Shown piece after piece: positions 55,200 to 63,634 of a DNA stretch of 64,000 bases (position 1 is its first letter; every line of letters starts with the position of its first letter). The position numbers and the translations under genes were made by a program. The notes below the pieces were generated by a model that was given only the letters and a program-made list of their open reading frames with translations, ran no database searches and was not told the DNA's origin. This DNA is from Methanomassiliicoccales archaeon (GTDB lineage Archaea; Thermoplasmatota; Thermoplasmata; Methanomassiliicoccales; UBA472), in NCBI GenBank assembly GCA_026394375.1, contig JAPKYJ010000024.1, forward strand, positions 35,259 through 99,258, in the 5' to 3' direction.

Positions 55200-55595
55200 G
55201 TGATTACCAGGGTCGACCTATTGCGAACATCGCAGCTGCTCACGGACGAGTATTCGGTCAAGATCCTGGTGGCCACCATCCGCATCCCCAAGTGCGCTCA
55301 GGAGATCGCGGACTCGTTCGGCATACCCATCGCCGCCTGCTACCGGCGCATTCGGGACCTGGAGAAGGAAGGGCTGCTAACCTGTACGGAACGGAGGCTC
55401 TCCCGCCAGGGCAAGCGCGTTTCCTACTACATTTCAATGCTCAAATCGGCCTACGTCTTCTTCGAGAACGGCCGTCTGAAGGTCAAGTTCGAGCTCAAGA
55501 CCGGGGGCGCGGACCAGTATGGCACCGACTGGCATGACATCCCGTTGGAGAACAGTGGGAAAGGGAATGAGGATGATCGAGGGAGCAAGGACTGA
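55200..55595 (+). CDS. ArsR-like winged-helix transcriptional regulator (paralogue of the preceding gene)
   Basis: 131 aa from a GTG start. LLTDEYSVKILVATIRIPKCAQEIADSFGIPIAACYRRIRDLEKEGLL...GKRVSYY is colinear with the 54778 product. Confidence 0.65.
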   Translation: MITRVDLLRTSQLLTDEYSVKILVATIRIPKCAQEIADSFGIPIAACYRRIRDLEKEGLLTCTERRLSRQGKRVSYYISMLKSAYVFFENGRLKVKFELKTGGADQYGTDWHDIPLENSGKGNEDDRGSKD

Positions 55596-55717
55596 GCCGT
55601 TCGGCGAGCACCTGGCTTGAACGGCTTCCCACCGCATCCACCCGAAAGGGTTATAAACGGAGGTCATTATGTGGTTGCTGCTTTACTGGTGTCTTATAGG
55701 CGATTGAGCGTGAACTT

Positions 55718-56587
55718 ATGACGGAATTGTTGGAGGAACTAGACCAAAAACGACAATTCAACAACAACGAGGCGGAGAAGCACAGACGACTTCGTGATGA
55801 ATTGAACGAGCAGACGAAGCAGTGGGTACAGAAGCGGGACGAGCTGAACGCCAAAGTGCGTTCATTGGTGGAAGAGGCCGCGAAGAAGCGCGAGACCCGA
55901 GACTCCTTGAACGTGCATGTGCGCCAGGTCAAAGCCGAGCGCGACGTTTGGAACAAGAAGGTCAACGAGCTTAACGACAAGGTGGGAGAGCTCAAGAAGA
56001 CTCAGCTGCCGCGGGAAGGCCCCCCTGTTTCTAAGATGAAGAAGGACCTGAAGGCGCTTGAGTTCCGACAGATGACTTCCACCCTGACGGTGGAGAAGGA
56101 AAGGGAACTGATCGAGGAGATGCAGGACCTTGACAAGCTGATAAAGGAGCGGGAGAAGCAGCTAGAAGCGAATGACTCGATCCGCTCCGTCATCAAGGAG
56201 CTCCGCGAGGCCAAAGAGAAAGCCGAGTCGAACCACCGAGCGGTGGGCGAGCTCGCTGAGAAGGCGCAGACGGAGCATGATGAGATGATCAAGCTCTACG
56301 AGCAGGCGGACGCCATGAGGAAGGAGGCGGACGAGGCTCAGGAGAAGTTCATCGAGACCAAGCTCAAAGCGGACGATGAGCACAAGAGGCACATCGACAG
56401 CATCCGCCAAGTGCATGATTTCGACAAAATCCTCACCGGTCTTAAGCAGAAGGCGCGCAAGGCACGGAAGAGGAAGGAAGAGACGCAGGCCATGAAGGAG
56501 GCTGAGGACATCTTCGACAAGTTCAAGAAGGGAGAGAAGCTCAGCACCGATGACCTCATGTCATTGCAGAGGTCTGGCTACCTATAG
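55718..56587 (+). CDS. archaeal coiled-coil protein (COG1340-like)
   Basis: 289 aa. Heptad-rich Glu/Lys/Arg composition along almost the whole length. Confidence 0.7.
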   Translation: MTELLEELDQKRQFNNNEAEKHRRLRDELNEQTKQWVQKRDELNAKVRSLVEEAAKKRETRDSLNVHVRQVKAERDVWNKKVNELNDKVGELKKTQLPREGPPVSKMKKDLKALEFRQMTSTLTVEKERELIEEMQDLDKLIKEREKQLEANDSIRSVIKELREAKEKAESNHRAVGELAEKAQTEHDEMIKLYEQADAMRKEADEAQEKFIETKLKADDEHKRHIDSIRQVHDFDKILTGLKQKARKARKRKEETQAMKEAEDIFDKFKKGEKLSTDDLMSLQRSGYL

Positions 56588-56627
56588 ACGAAACCCATTA
56601 CCCAAACCCTTTCCGTATCCTGATTTG

Positions 56628-56680
56628 AACAAATGTTGCCTATTGGCCAGCATTTGTTTTCATTCTTTAAGCTCTTTTTT
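56628..56680 (+). terminator. hairpin plus T-tracts after the coiled-coil gene
   Basis: AACAAATG (56628-56635) pairs with CATTTGTT (56651-56658). It is followed by TTTT and then a T6 run at 56675-56680. Confidence 0.35.
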
Positions 56681-56718
56681 CGGCAATCTTTAAATAGCTC
56701 AATATAGATAATTGGCTC

Positions 56719-56792
56719 GGGAAGGTCTGGGCTAGTTTTCAGAGTGCATCCCATCCCTTCTGATCAGGCTAGCCCTTCCCACCCCTTTTTTC
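56719..56792 (+). ncRNA. candidate small structured RNA (promoter-to-T7 unit)
   Basis: TTTAAATA (56689-56696) lies about 25 nt upstream. The bipartite outer stem is GGGAA/TTCCC (56719-23 / 56776-80) plus GGGCTAG/CTAGCCC (56729-35 / 56769-75). The inner stem is TCAGA/TCTGA (56739-43 / 56759-63). The unit ends in a T7 run at 56786-56792. There is no ORF. Confidence 0.3.
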
Positions 56793-56853
56793 TTATTCAT
56801 TAGGAACAAAGGTTATCTATTGTCGTTGTGGTTGCCGTGGCAGGTGAACGATA

Positions 56854-58194
56854 GTGGTGCTTGAAGGCCTGGGGCGATCTCTGCGGGACGCGCTGAAGAA
56901 GGTCGCCAACGCCAGCAGCGTGGACGAGAAGCTGGTGAAGGAGGTCACCAAGGATATCCAGAGGGCGCTGCTGCAGGCCGATGTGAACGTGAAGCTCGTG
57001 CTCGAAATGACCAAGGAGGTCGAGCGCCGCGCGTTGACGGAAAAGCCACCGGCGGGCATGGCGGCCAGGGAGCACGTGGTGCGGATCATCTACGAGGAGC
57101 TGGTGAAGGTGTTGGGCGAGAAAAAGGCTCTGCCCCTCTCCAAACAGACCATCATGATGGTCGGTCTCTACGGCCAAGGCAAGACGACCACCTCCGGCAA
57201 GTTGGCCCGATACTTCCATAAGAAGGGATTGAAGGTCGGCCTGGTGGCCGCGGACGTGCACCGGCCGGCGGCCTATGAGCAGCTGAGGCAGATCGGGGAG
57301 CAGATCGGGGTGCCGGTCTTCGGGAACCAAGAGGAGAAGGACGCTGCCCGGATAGTGACGGAGGGCATAAGGCACTTCGAAGGCAGCGACGTCATCATAA
57401 TCGATACTTCGGGACGGCACGCGCTAGAGAAAGACCTTATCGATGAGGTCAAGAAGGTGGCGGAGATCGCCAAACCGAACGAGCGCATATTGGTGCTCGA
57501 TGCTTCGACCGGTCAGCAGGCCGGTCCGCAGGCCCAGGCGTTCCACGATGCGATCGGGGTGACGAGCGTGATACTCACCAAGCTCGACGGCACGGCCAAG
57601 GGCGGTGGGGCTTTGAGCGCGGTCGCCCGGACGAAGGCGCCCATCGTTTTCATCGGGGTCGGGGAGCACTTGGAGGACCTGGACCCTTTCAATCCTGAGC
57701 GCTTCATATCTCGGTTGTTAGGAATGGGCGACATCCAGACCTTGCTGGAGAAGGCCAAGGAACAGATGACCGAGGAGGAAGCCTTGGAGACGACCAAGAA
57801 GATCATGTCCGGGCGCTTCACCCTCAAGGAGATGTACGAGCAGATGGAGATGCTCACCAACATGGGACCGCTGAAGAAGCTGCTCTCCATGCTGCCCGGC
57901 ATGCCGGGCATGTCTGACAAGATCGACATCGAGGAGTCGCAGAAGCGCCTCGGCACCTACCGCATCATCATGGACTCCATGACCGACGAGGAGATGGAGA
58001 ACCCCCGCCTCATCAAGTCCTCCCGCGTTCTTCGCATAGCCAAGGGGGCAGGGGTGGACCCTAAGGAAGTCCGCTCCCTTCTGCACCAATACAATGACAG
58101 CAAGAAGGCGGTCAAGGGGCTCATGGGCAACCGCAAGCTCCGCCGGCAGCTGATGAAGCAGTTCGAGTCTGGGGAGATGGGGCTGAAGCCATGA
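56854..58194 (+). CDS. srp54: signal recognition particle protein SRP54
   Basis: 446 aa. Contains GLYGQGKTTTSGKLA, DTSGRH and TKLDGTAKGG, plus a Met-rich M domain. Confidence 0.95.
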   Translation: MVLEGLGRSLRDALKKVANASSVDEKLVKEVTKDIQRALLQADVNVKLVLEMTKEVERRALTEKPPAGMAAREHVVRIIYEELVKVLGEKKALPLSKQTIMMVGLYGQGKTTTSGKLARYFHKKGLKVGLVAADVHRPAAYEQLRQIGEQIGVPVFGNQEEKDAARIVTEGIRHFEGSDVIIIDTSGRHALEKDLIDEVKKVAEIAKPNERILVLDASTGQQAGPQAQAFHDAIGVTSVILTKLDGTAKGGGALSAVARTKAPIVFIGVGEHLEDLDPFNPERFISRLLGMGDIQTLLEKAKEQMTEEEALETTKKIMSGRFTLKEMYEQMEMLTNMGPLKKLLSMLPGMPGMSDKIDIEESQKRLGTYRIIMDSMTDEEMENPRLIKSSRVLRIAKGAGVDPKEVRSLLHQYNDSKKAVKGLMGNRKLRRQLMKQFESGEMGLKP

Positions 58195-58790
58195 GGCGCT
58201 TCGTGGTCATAGGACATCGGGCGGTGACGTCGGGCGACTTCAAACTAGACGACCTCGCCGGGGGAACGGGGCGCTTGGATGTCCTGCTCCGCTGCATCAA
58301 TTCCGCTTTCTTCCTTTCCCACAACATCCGCCGAGATACGGAGATCCATCTGATATTGCAGGGACCGCCGCATCCTCCCAAGACCGTTCGCTTGGTCGGA
58401 TCGGAGCTGAAGTATCTGAACCCGGACGAGCGCAGCACGGCCGCCTTGGTCCGGAACGCTTTGCTGCAGAAGGTGGCCGCGGAGGAGCGATCGTCTCCGG
58501 GCATCTACGTCTCCAACCGCTCTTATCGCGACGTGCTCTCCCTCGTCCCGAAAGGCGAGCAGATCGTGTACCTGCGCGAGGACGGGACCGATGTACGGGA
58601 GTTCCAGTTCGAGCAGGACGTGACCTTCGTCCTAGGCGACGACCAGGACCTGACGCTGGAGGAGGAGGGCATGCTGCTCAAGTACGAACCGAAGATCATC
58701 TCCCTCGGTCCGGCCTCCTACCACGCCGATCACTGCATCAGCACTGTCAACAACGAACTGGACAGACGCTGGCTGTCGAAGAGCGACTAG
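58191..58790 (+). CDS. trmY: tRNA (pseudouridine54-N1)-methyltransferase TrmY (SPOUT, DUF358)
   Basis: 199 aa. Begins MRRFVVIGHRAVTSGDFKLDDLAGGTGRLDVLLRCINSAFFLSH. The start overlaps the srp54 stop (ATGA). Confidence 0.8.
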   Translation: MRRFVVIGHRAVTSGDFKLDDLAGGTGRLDVLLRCINSAFFLSHNIRRDTEIHLILQGPPHPPKTVRLVGSELKYLNPDERSTAALVRNALLQKVAAEERSSPGIYVSNRSYRDVLSLVPKGEQIVYLREDGTDVREFQFEQDVTFVLGDDQDLTLEEEGMLLKYEPKIISLGPASYHADHCISTVNNELDRRWLSKSD

Positions 58791-59971
58791 GTCAGAGGCC
58801 GCTCCTTGACCTTGGACGCCATGAGCTTGCCCAGCTCCGCGGCCTTCTGCAGGTCCGTTTCCATCGGCCTGCCGTTCACTTCTACCGCACCCAACAGCTC
58901 GATCTTCGTCGGACCGAGGATATCGAGGGCTTGCTTCACCGCCCCCCCACCCCAGCCGAAGGATGAGAGAACGGCGGCGTACTTCGCTGGAGGCTTGAAC
59001 GCCTTAACCAAGGCTGCGGCATAGAGCCCCTGCGGATGCAACCCTCCCAGCACCGTCGGGGCGCCGAGCACGATGCCTTCGGCGTCGACCAGCTCTCCGG
59101 CGAGGGAAGCGACCTCCGACTCGGCCAAGTTGAAGACCCGGACGTCGACGCCTTGGTCCAGCATGGCCTGCACCATAGCCTCCACTAGTTGTTGAGTGGA
59201 ACGCCACATGGAGACGTAGGCCACGACCACCTTGCGCACCGTCCGTCCGTTGGTCCAGTTGCGGTACAGCCCCATGATGTGTCCGGGATCGTCATGCATC
59301 GGTCCGTGGCTGGGCGCGATGAGCTTGATCTCCAGCTTATCCAGCTTATCCATGGCGTTGCGGCCGCTCTTGGCGAAGGGCATCATGATCTCACCGAAAT
59401 ACGTCTTCGCCAGCCAGTCGTAGTCTACTATCTCTTGGGACACGTCCCCGGCCGCGGTGTGCGCACCGAAGAAGTCGCAGGGGAAGAGAATCTTATCTTC
59501 TTCCAGGTAGGTGAACATCGTCTCCGGCCAGTGCAGGAACGGAGCATCGATGAAACGCAATGTCTTGCCACCCAGGTCGATGCGGTCGCCCTCCTTGACC
59601 ACCATGACGCGGTCGACCGGGGGATGGTAGAGGGCCGTCGCCAGCTTCGCCCCCTTCTCCGTCAGCACCAGCTTGGCCCTAGGGCTCCTTTCCAGAATGA
59701 AAGGAATGGCGCTGGCGTGGTCCGGCTCGGCGTGGTTCATTATCAAGTAGTCGATCTTGTCCAAAGGGGTGAGGGTCTCCACCTTGGCCTTCAACTGCTC
59801 CTCGAAGCCCGGGTTGACGGTGTCGATGAGCGCTATTGCCTTCTCCCCTTTCACCAGATAGGAGTTGTAAGTGGTGCCGTGGGGCAGTGGTATCAGACCG
59901 TCGAAAAGCCTCCGGTCCCAATCCCTCGCTCCCACCCAATGCACGCCCTTGGCTAGTTCCCTGACCTCCAT
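58787..59971 (-). CDS. fprA: flavodiiron protein (FprA type: metallo-beta-lactamase plus flavodoxin domains)
   Basis: ATG 59971 gives MEVRELAKGVHWVGARDWDRRLFD.... It has the di-iron motif NHAEPDH and a C-terminal flavodoxin-like domain (KVVVAYVSMWRST). About 394 aa. Confidence 0.85.
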   Translation of the reverse strand: MEVRELAKGVHWVGARDWDRRLFDGLIPLPHGTTYNSYLVKGEKAIALIDTVNPGFEEQLKAKVETLTPLDKIDYLIMNHAEPDHASAIPFILERSPRAKLVLTEKGAKLATALYHPPVDRVMVVKEGDRIDLGGKTLRFIDAPFLHWPETMFTYLEEDKILFPCDFFGAHTAAGDVSQEIVDYDWLAKTYFGEIMMPFAKSGRNAMDKLDKLEIKLIAPSHGPMHDDPGHIMGLYRNWTNGRTVRKVVVAYVSMWRSTQQLVEAMVQAMLDQGVDVRVFNLAESEVASLAGELVDAEGIVLGAPTVLGGLHPQGLYAAALVKAFKPPAKYAAVLSSFGWGGGAVKQALDILGPTKIELLGAVEVNGRPMETDLQKAAELGKLMASKVKERPLT

Positions 59972-60088
59972 AGCTATAGCACCTGAGAGAAGCATTGGCA
60001 GCTCCAAGGATAAAAACCGTGCGGAGGTCCGAAGCTCCGATGCTGGAGAAAGAAGCCTTTTATGGCCTGAAGCGATTAGGCGTCTCGG

Positions 60089-60286
60089 ATGACGGAGAAG
60101 ATACCGCAGCACAAACATTGTCGCCAGTGTGGCAAGGCCTTCATCGGCAAGGAGAACTTCTGTTCCGTTGAGTGCACGGGCACCTCGGACGCCCAGATGA
60201 AGAAGAAGAAACGGCAGCTGCTCATGCTCTATGTCTTCAGCTTCATGATCCTGATCCTCATGATAGTCTTCATAGGGCTCAGATGA
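60089..60286 (+). CDS. DUF2116-like zinc-ribbon protein with C-terminal TM helix
   Basis: 65 aa. CRQCGKAF...FCSVEC, followed by LLMLYVFSFMILILMIVFIGL. Confidence 0.6.
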   Translation: MTEKIPQHKHCRQCGKAFIGKENFCSVECTGTSDAQMKKKKRQLLMLYVFSFMILILMIVFIGLR

Positions 60287-61257
60287 TCTATATGAAAGTG
60301 GGCGTTGGCGGCACGTTCGATGTCCTGCACCGCGGGCATAGGGCGCTGCTGGACAAGGCTTTCGAGGTTGGCGACGAGGTGGCGATCGGGCTTACGTCCG
60401 ATGCCTATACCTCCCGGCACAAGGCCAGGTCATCACCGCTGGAGAAGCGCATGCTGGCGGTGCAGGAGTACGCTGCCACAAAAGGCAAGCCTTTCACCGT
60501 GCAACCGATAGACGAACCTCAAGGCACGCTGCTCTCCGATCCCACATTGCAGGGCTTGGTGGTCTCGCCCGAAACATATAAAGAGGCTGACCGGCTGGCA
60601 AAGGAAAGGACGGCATTGGGAATGCCCCCTCTGCGCGTCTTCCGGGTGGAGTACGTCCTGGCCGATGATTGCGTGCCGATATCTTCCACTCGCATCCTCG
60701 AGGGAGAGGTGGACGAGAACGGGAGGATGCTGCGGCCGATGCGCATCGCCGTTGGATCGGAGAACCCCGTCAAAGTGCATGCGGTGGAGAACGTCATGCG
60801 CCGCATCTACGGCGAGGTGAAGATGTATCCGTTGCGCGTTTCTGCCTCCGTTCCAGCTGAGCCCTGGGGGGAAGAGGTCGAAAGAGGAGCGGTGGAGAGA
60901 GCTCGTCGCTGCCTAGGCCGGAACGACTACGGAGTAGGCGTGGAAGCGGGCATTTTCGAGCATGAGGGAGAGCTGTATGACGTGCAGTTCTGCGCCGTGG
61001 CCGACAAGATGGATAGGGTGACGATCGGCCATGGGTCGGGATTCTGCTATCCTCCAAAGGTCGCCGCGCTCCTGCGCCATGGAAGCACGATAGGCGAGGC
61101 GTTCCAAAACCTCTATGGCCAGGAACGCACTGGGCGAGGGGTAGGGGCGATAGGCTACCTCACTCACGGCCTTCTGCCGAGGTCAGAACTCACCGAGCAG
61201 GCGGTGGTGGCCGCCATGGTCCCCCGGATAAGAAAGGAGCTCTATTTCGAAGGCTGA
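60283..61257 (+). CDS. fusion protein: archaeal-type phosphopantetheine adenylyltransferase domain plus YjjX/DUF84-type NTPase domain
   Basis: An ATG at 60283 overlaps the preceding stop (alternative ATG 60292). The N-terminus VGVGGTFDVLHRGHRALL is a cytidylyltransferase HxGH motif. The C-terminal half begins MRIAVGSENPVKVHAVENV and resembles inosine/xanthosine triphosphatase. Confidence 0.7.
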   Translation: MIYMKVGVGGTFDVLHRGHRALLDKAFEVGDEVAIGLTSDAYTSRHKARSSPLEKRMLAVQEYAATKGKPFTVQPIDEPQGTLLSDPTLQGLVVSPETYKEADRLAKERTALGMPPLRVFRVEYVLADDCVPISSTRILEGEVDENGRMLRPMRIAVGSENPVKVHAVENVMRRIYGEVKMYPLRVSASVPAEPWGEEVERGAVERARRCLGRNDYGVGVEAGIFEHEGELYDVQFCAVADKMDRVTIGHGSGFCYPPKVAALLRHGSTIGEAFQNLYGQERTGRGVGAIGYLTHGLLPRSELTEQAVVAAMVPRIRKELYFEG

Positions 61258-61478
61258 GCGCCCTTCTGTCTCCGATCGACGAACTGCATGTAGTCCTCGA
61301 ACGACCCACAGTTGCCGATCCCGATGCATTCGAAGCGACGGAACTTGCGACAGTAGAAGCCTTGCTCGTTGAACTCGCATACCGTCGTCTTCTCCGCCGT
61401 GCACATCTCCTTGATGCATCCGAATCCGTTGTAGGGGCCTTTGCACTTGCCTTCCAAATCCAGGTAGGTGCATTCCAT
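61242..61478 (-). CDS. 8-Cys small protein (paralogue A)
   Basis: ATG 61478 gives MECTYLDLEGKCKGPYNGFGCIKEMCTAEKTTVCEFNEQGFYCRKFRRFECIGIGNCGSFEDYMQFV... (78 aa). The upstream part of the ORF-track call is low-complexity and overlaps the next gene. Confidence 0.55.
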   Translation of the reverse strand: MECTYLDLEGKCKGPYNGFGCIKEMCTAEKTTVCEFNEQGFYCRKFRRFECIGIGNCGSFEDYMQFVDRRQKGAQPSK

Positions 61479-61479
61479 G

Positions 61480-61794
61480 CTAAGGCCTCCATTGCGACTG
61501 CTTGTAGTTGGTGAGGTGCTGCATGTATCCCTCCACCGTGGTGCAGTTCTCCTTTCCCGCGCAGTAGAAGCGCTGGTACTTGGCACAATATAGACCGAAC
61601 CACTGCTCCCGGTCGCAGTCATGGTGGTGTCGGCGCTCACCTGGCTCGTGAGAGATCATCGAGCAAGATTCCTCGCCCACGCAATGCTTCGCGTCCACGG
61701 ACCTATGCGCGCAATAGACCCCACGGTAACGGTACCTGCACGTGACGACCCCATCCCAGCCAGCTAAGGCAGATGAGTATTGGGCCGACCGCAT
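61480..61794 (-). CDS. 8-Cys small protein (paralogue B)
   Basis: 104 aa: ...CRYRYRGVYCAHRSVDAKHCVGEESC...CDREQWFGLYCAKYQRFYCAGKENCTTVEGYMQHL. All 8 Cys and the E.YM tail are colinear with paralogue A. Confidence 0.55.
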   Translation of the reverse strand: MRSAQYSSALAGWDGVVTCRYRYRGVYCAHRSVDAKHCVGEESCSMISHEPGERRHHHDCDREQWFGLYCAKYQRFYCAGKENCTTVEGYMQHLTNYKQSQWRP

Positions 61795-61816
61795 ATAAAT
61801 CTAGCGAAGGAAATGC

Positions 61817-61906
61817 TGGCGCCGAGGGGGAGATTCGAACTCCCGTGGTGCAGAGCACCACCGGCTCTCAAGGCCGGCGCCGTGATCCGGGCTTAGCTAC
61901 CTCGGC
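61817..61906 (-). tRNA. tRNA-Ser (anticodon TGA), CCA encoded
   Basis: Manual fold: acceptor GCCGAGG/CCTCGGC, anticodon arm CCGGC-CTTGAGA-GCCGG, long variable arm TGGTGCTCTGCACCAC, T arm GGGAG-TTCGAAT-CTCCC, discriminator G, then CCA. Confidence 0.9.
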
Positions 61907-61946
61907 TCGAGCGCACGATGTGCTTCTCGGTATAAGAGAGAAGCGC

Positions 61947-63602
61947 TCACACGATCCTTTCCAGCTTCCCTTCCAGGGCCTTCTCCAGGTCCAGCTCGAA
62001 TCCCACGATGGGGTATCCAAGCTCCGCGCGGACGATGACCTCGGGATGCAGTTCTCCGAAATGCCCGATCGGTTCTCCGCGGACGTATACCTGGGCTGCC
62101 CTCCCCTCGATGTACGTCGGCAGGCTGCAAGGTTCCAAAGAGAACTCCAGCGCCATATCTCTCATGATGCCCTCCAGCAGGGATTTCATCTCCGTGAACG
62201 AGGCCTTGGAATGAATGGCCACGGCGGCCAGCTTGCGCCTTCTGGCCGTTCCTACGAGAACATCGCCCACCTCGAAGATGCGCTGCGGCAGGTCCCGGTG
62301 CTTGCTCTTCCTCAGCACCGCCAGCAGCGAAGGCATGAGGTTGATCCTCAGGCAGGTGTGGTCCTCGCTGATGGGGTTGAGCACTTCCACCACTTCCGCC
62401 CTGGGCAGGCGCATGCCCTCGAACTGCTCTTTTTCGCTCGATAATGTCAGGGTGGTGACCTCGTAGTAGCCATAGCCGACCATCATCTGGCGCACCAGGT
62501 CGGAGATGCGCTCTATCCTTCGCTCAGCGCCAAGGGAGTGCACCTCCGGTCGCTTGCTGCCGAACTTGGCGTAGCCGTAGCCCTTGGCCACGTCCTCGAC
62601 CAGGTCCACGGGATGCAGGATGTCCGTGCGAGTGGCGGGGACCTGCACCTTCAGCTTCTTCTTCAATGGCTTGGCGGCGTATCCCATGCGCTCCAGGCAG
62701 GCGGCCGTCTCTTGGGTGGTGAGGTTCAATCCCAGCCATTGATTGCAGTAGCTCTGTTCCAGGTCCCACTTCGCCGGTTTCAGGTTGGGCGTGGTGATGC
62801 GCGTCATGCCCGTCAAACGGACGCTCTGGATGATCCCTCCCCGCTCGGCCAACATCGTGGCCACGATATTCAAGGCACCCGAGACGGCATTGTGGTCGGT
62901 GCCAGTCACGTCGATGAAGAAGTTCTGCGTCTTTTCGGTCACGGCCGTGAGCGTGCCGTTGATGATGGGCGGGAAGGAGAGCACGTTCTTGTTCTTGTCC
63001 AGGATGATCGGGTACTTGTCCTTCCCTTCCAGGATGAAGGCGTAGTCGATGCCTTTCTCGTGCTTCTGCAGGATCTCCCGCAAATTCATCCTTTCCTCCT
63101 TGGCCAGAGGCACGAAGGAGATGGATTCTGGGATCACAGCCTTGTAAACGAACGGCGGGGTGACCCTGTCCAGGTCGTGGATGCCGATGGATACCTTCTC
63201 CCTTTTCCTTCCCATGGTCAGATGCAGCTTCTCCTGCACCTCCATCAGGGAGCGGATTAGGTAATCGTTCATCGTCACGCCACGTACCACGCCCGCAACG
63301 GCGAACGGGCGCACTTCTCGCACGGACGGATCGATGCGCATGCTGATGCCAGACTTCTCCACTGGGTAGGTCTTCAGTCCTCGTTCGAAGCCCAGGAACG
63401 TTCGCAGAGCGCGCGCCACCCCTTCCACCGAGAAAAGGTCCGGCCGGTCGGGGAAGAACTCGATGCCCATCTCCTCCCCCACCTCGTCGTAATGGTGGAA
63501 GTCCGCGCCCATCATGGGAATGGTGTCGATGAGCTCCTGCGGAGGCACCTCCTTTCCTAGGAGGGAGACCAGGTCCCGGTAGTTGAAAGTGATGACTGGC
63601 AT
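61947..63602 (-). CDS. pheT: phenylalanyl-tRNA synthetase beta subunit (archaeal type)
   Basis: 551 aa. Begins MPVITFNYRDLVSLLGKEVPPQELIDTIPMMGADF.... Has B3/4 and B5 domains and a C-terminal catalytic-like domain. Confidence 0.9.
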   Translation of the reverse strand: MPVITFNYRDLVSLLGKEVPPQELIDTIPMMGADFHHYDEVGEEMGIEFFPDRPDLFSVEGVARALRTFLGFERGLKTYPVEKSGISMRIDPSVREVRPFAVAGVVRGVTMNDYLIRSLMEVQEKLHLTMGRKREKVSIGIHDLDRVTPPFVYKAVIPESISFVPLAKEERMNLREILQKHEKGIDYAFILEGKDKYPIILDKNKNVLSFPPIINGTLTAVTEKTQNFFIDVTGTDHNAVSGALNIVATMLAERGGIIQSVRLTGMTRITTPNLKPAKWDLEQSYCNQWLGLNLTTQETAACLERMGYAAKPLKKKLKVQVPATRTDILHPVDLVEDVAKGYGYAKFGSKRPEVHSLGAERRIERISDLVRQMMVGYGYYEVTTLTLSSEKEQFEGMRLPRAEVVEVLNPISEDHTCLRINLMPSLLAVLRKSKHRDLPQRIFEVGDVLVGTARRRKLAAVAIHSKASFTEMKSLLEGIMRDMALEFSLEPCSLPTYIEGRAAQVYVRGEPIGHFGELHPEVIVRAELGYPIVGFELDLEKALEGKLERIV

Positions 63603-63634
63603 GGTTTCACGCCATCCCCTTGAGCGTATTTATA

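Noticed and set aside
61773-62444. 223-aa plus-strand ORF
   Set aside because: It runs antisense to tRNA-Ser and to the well-supported pheT gene. This is typical of the stop-poor antisense frame of a high-GC gene.
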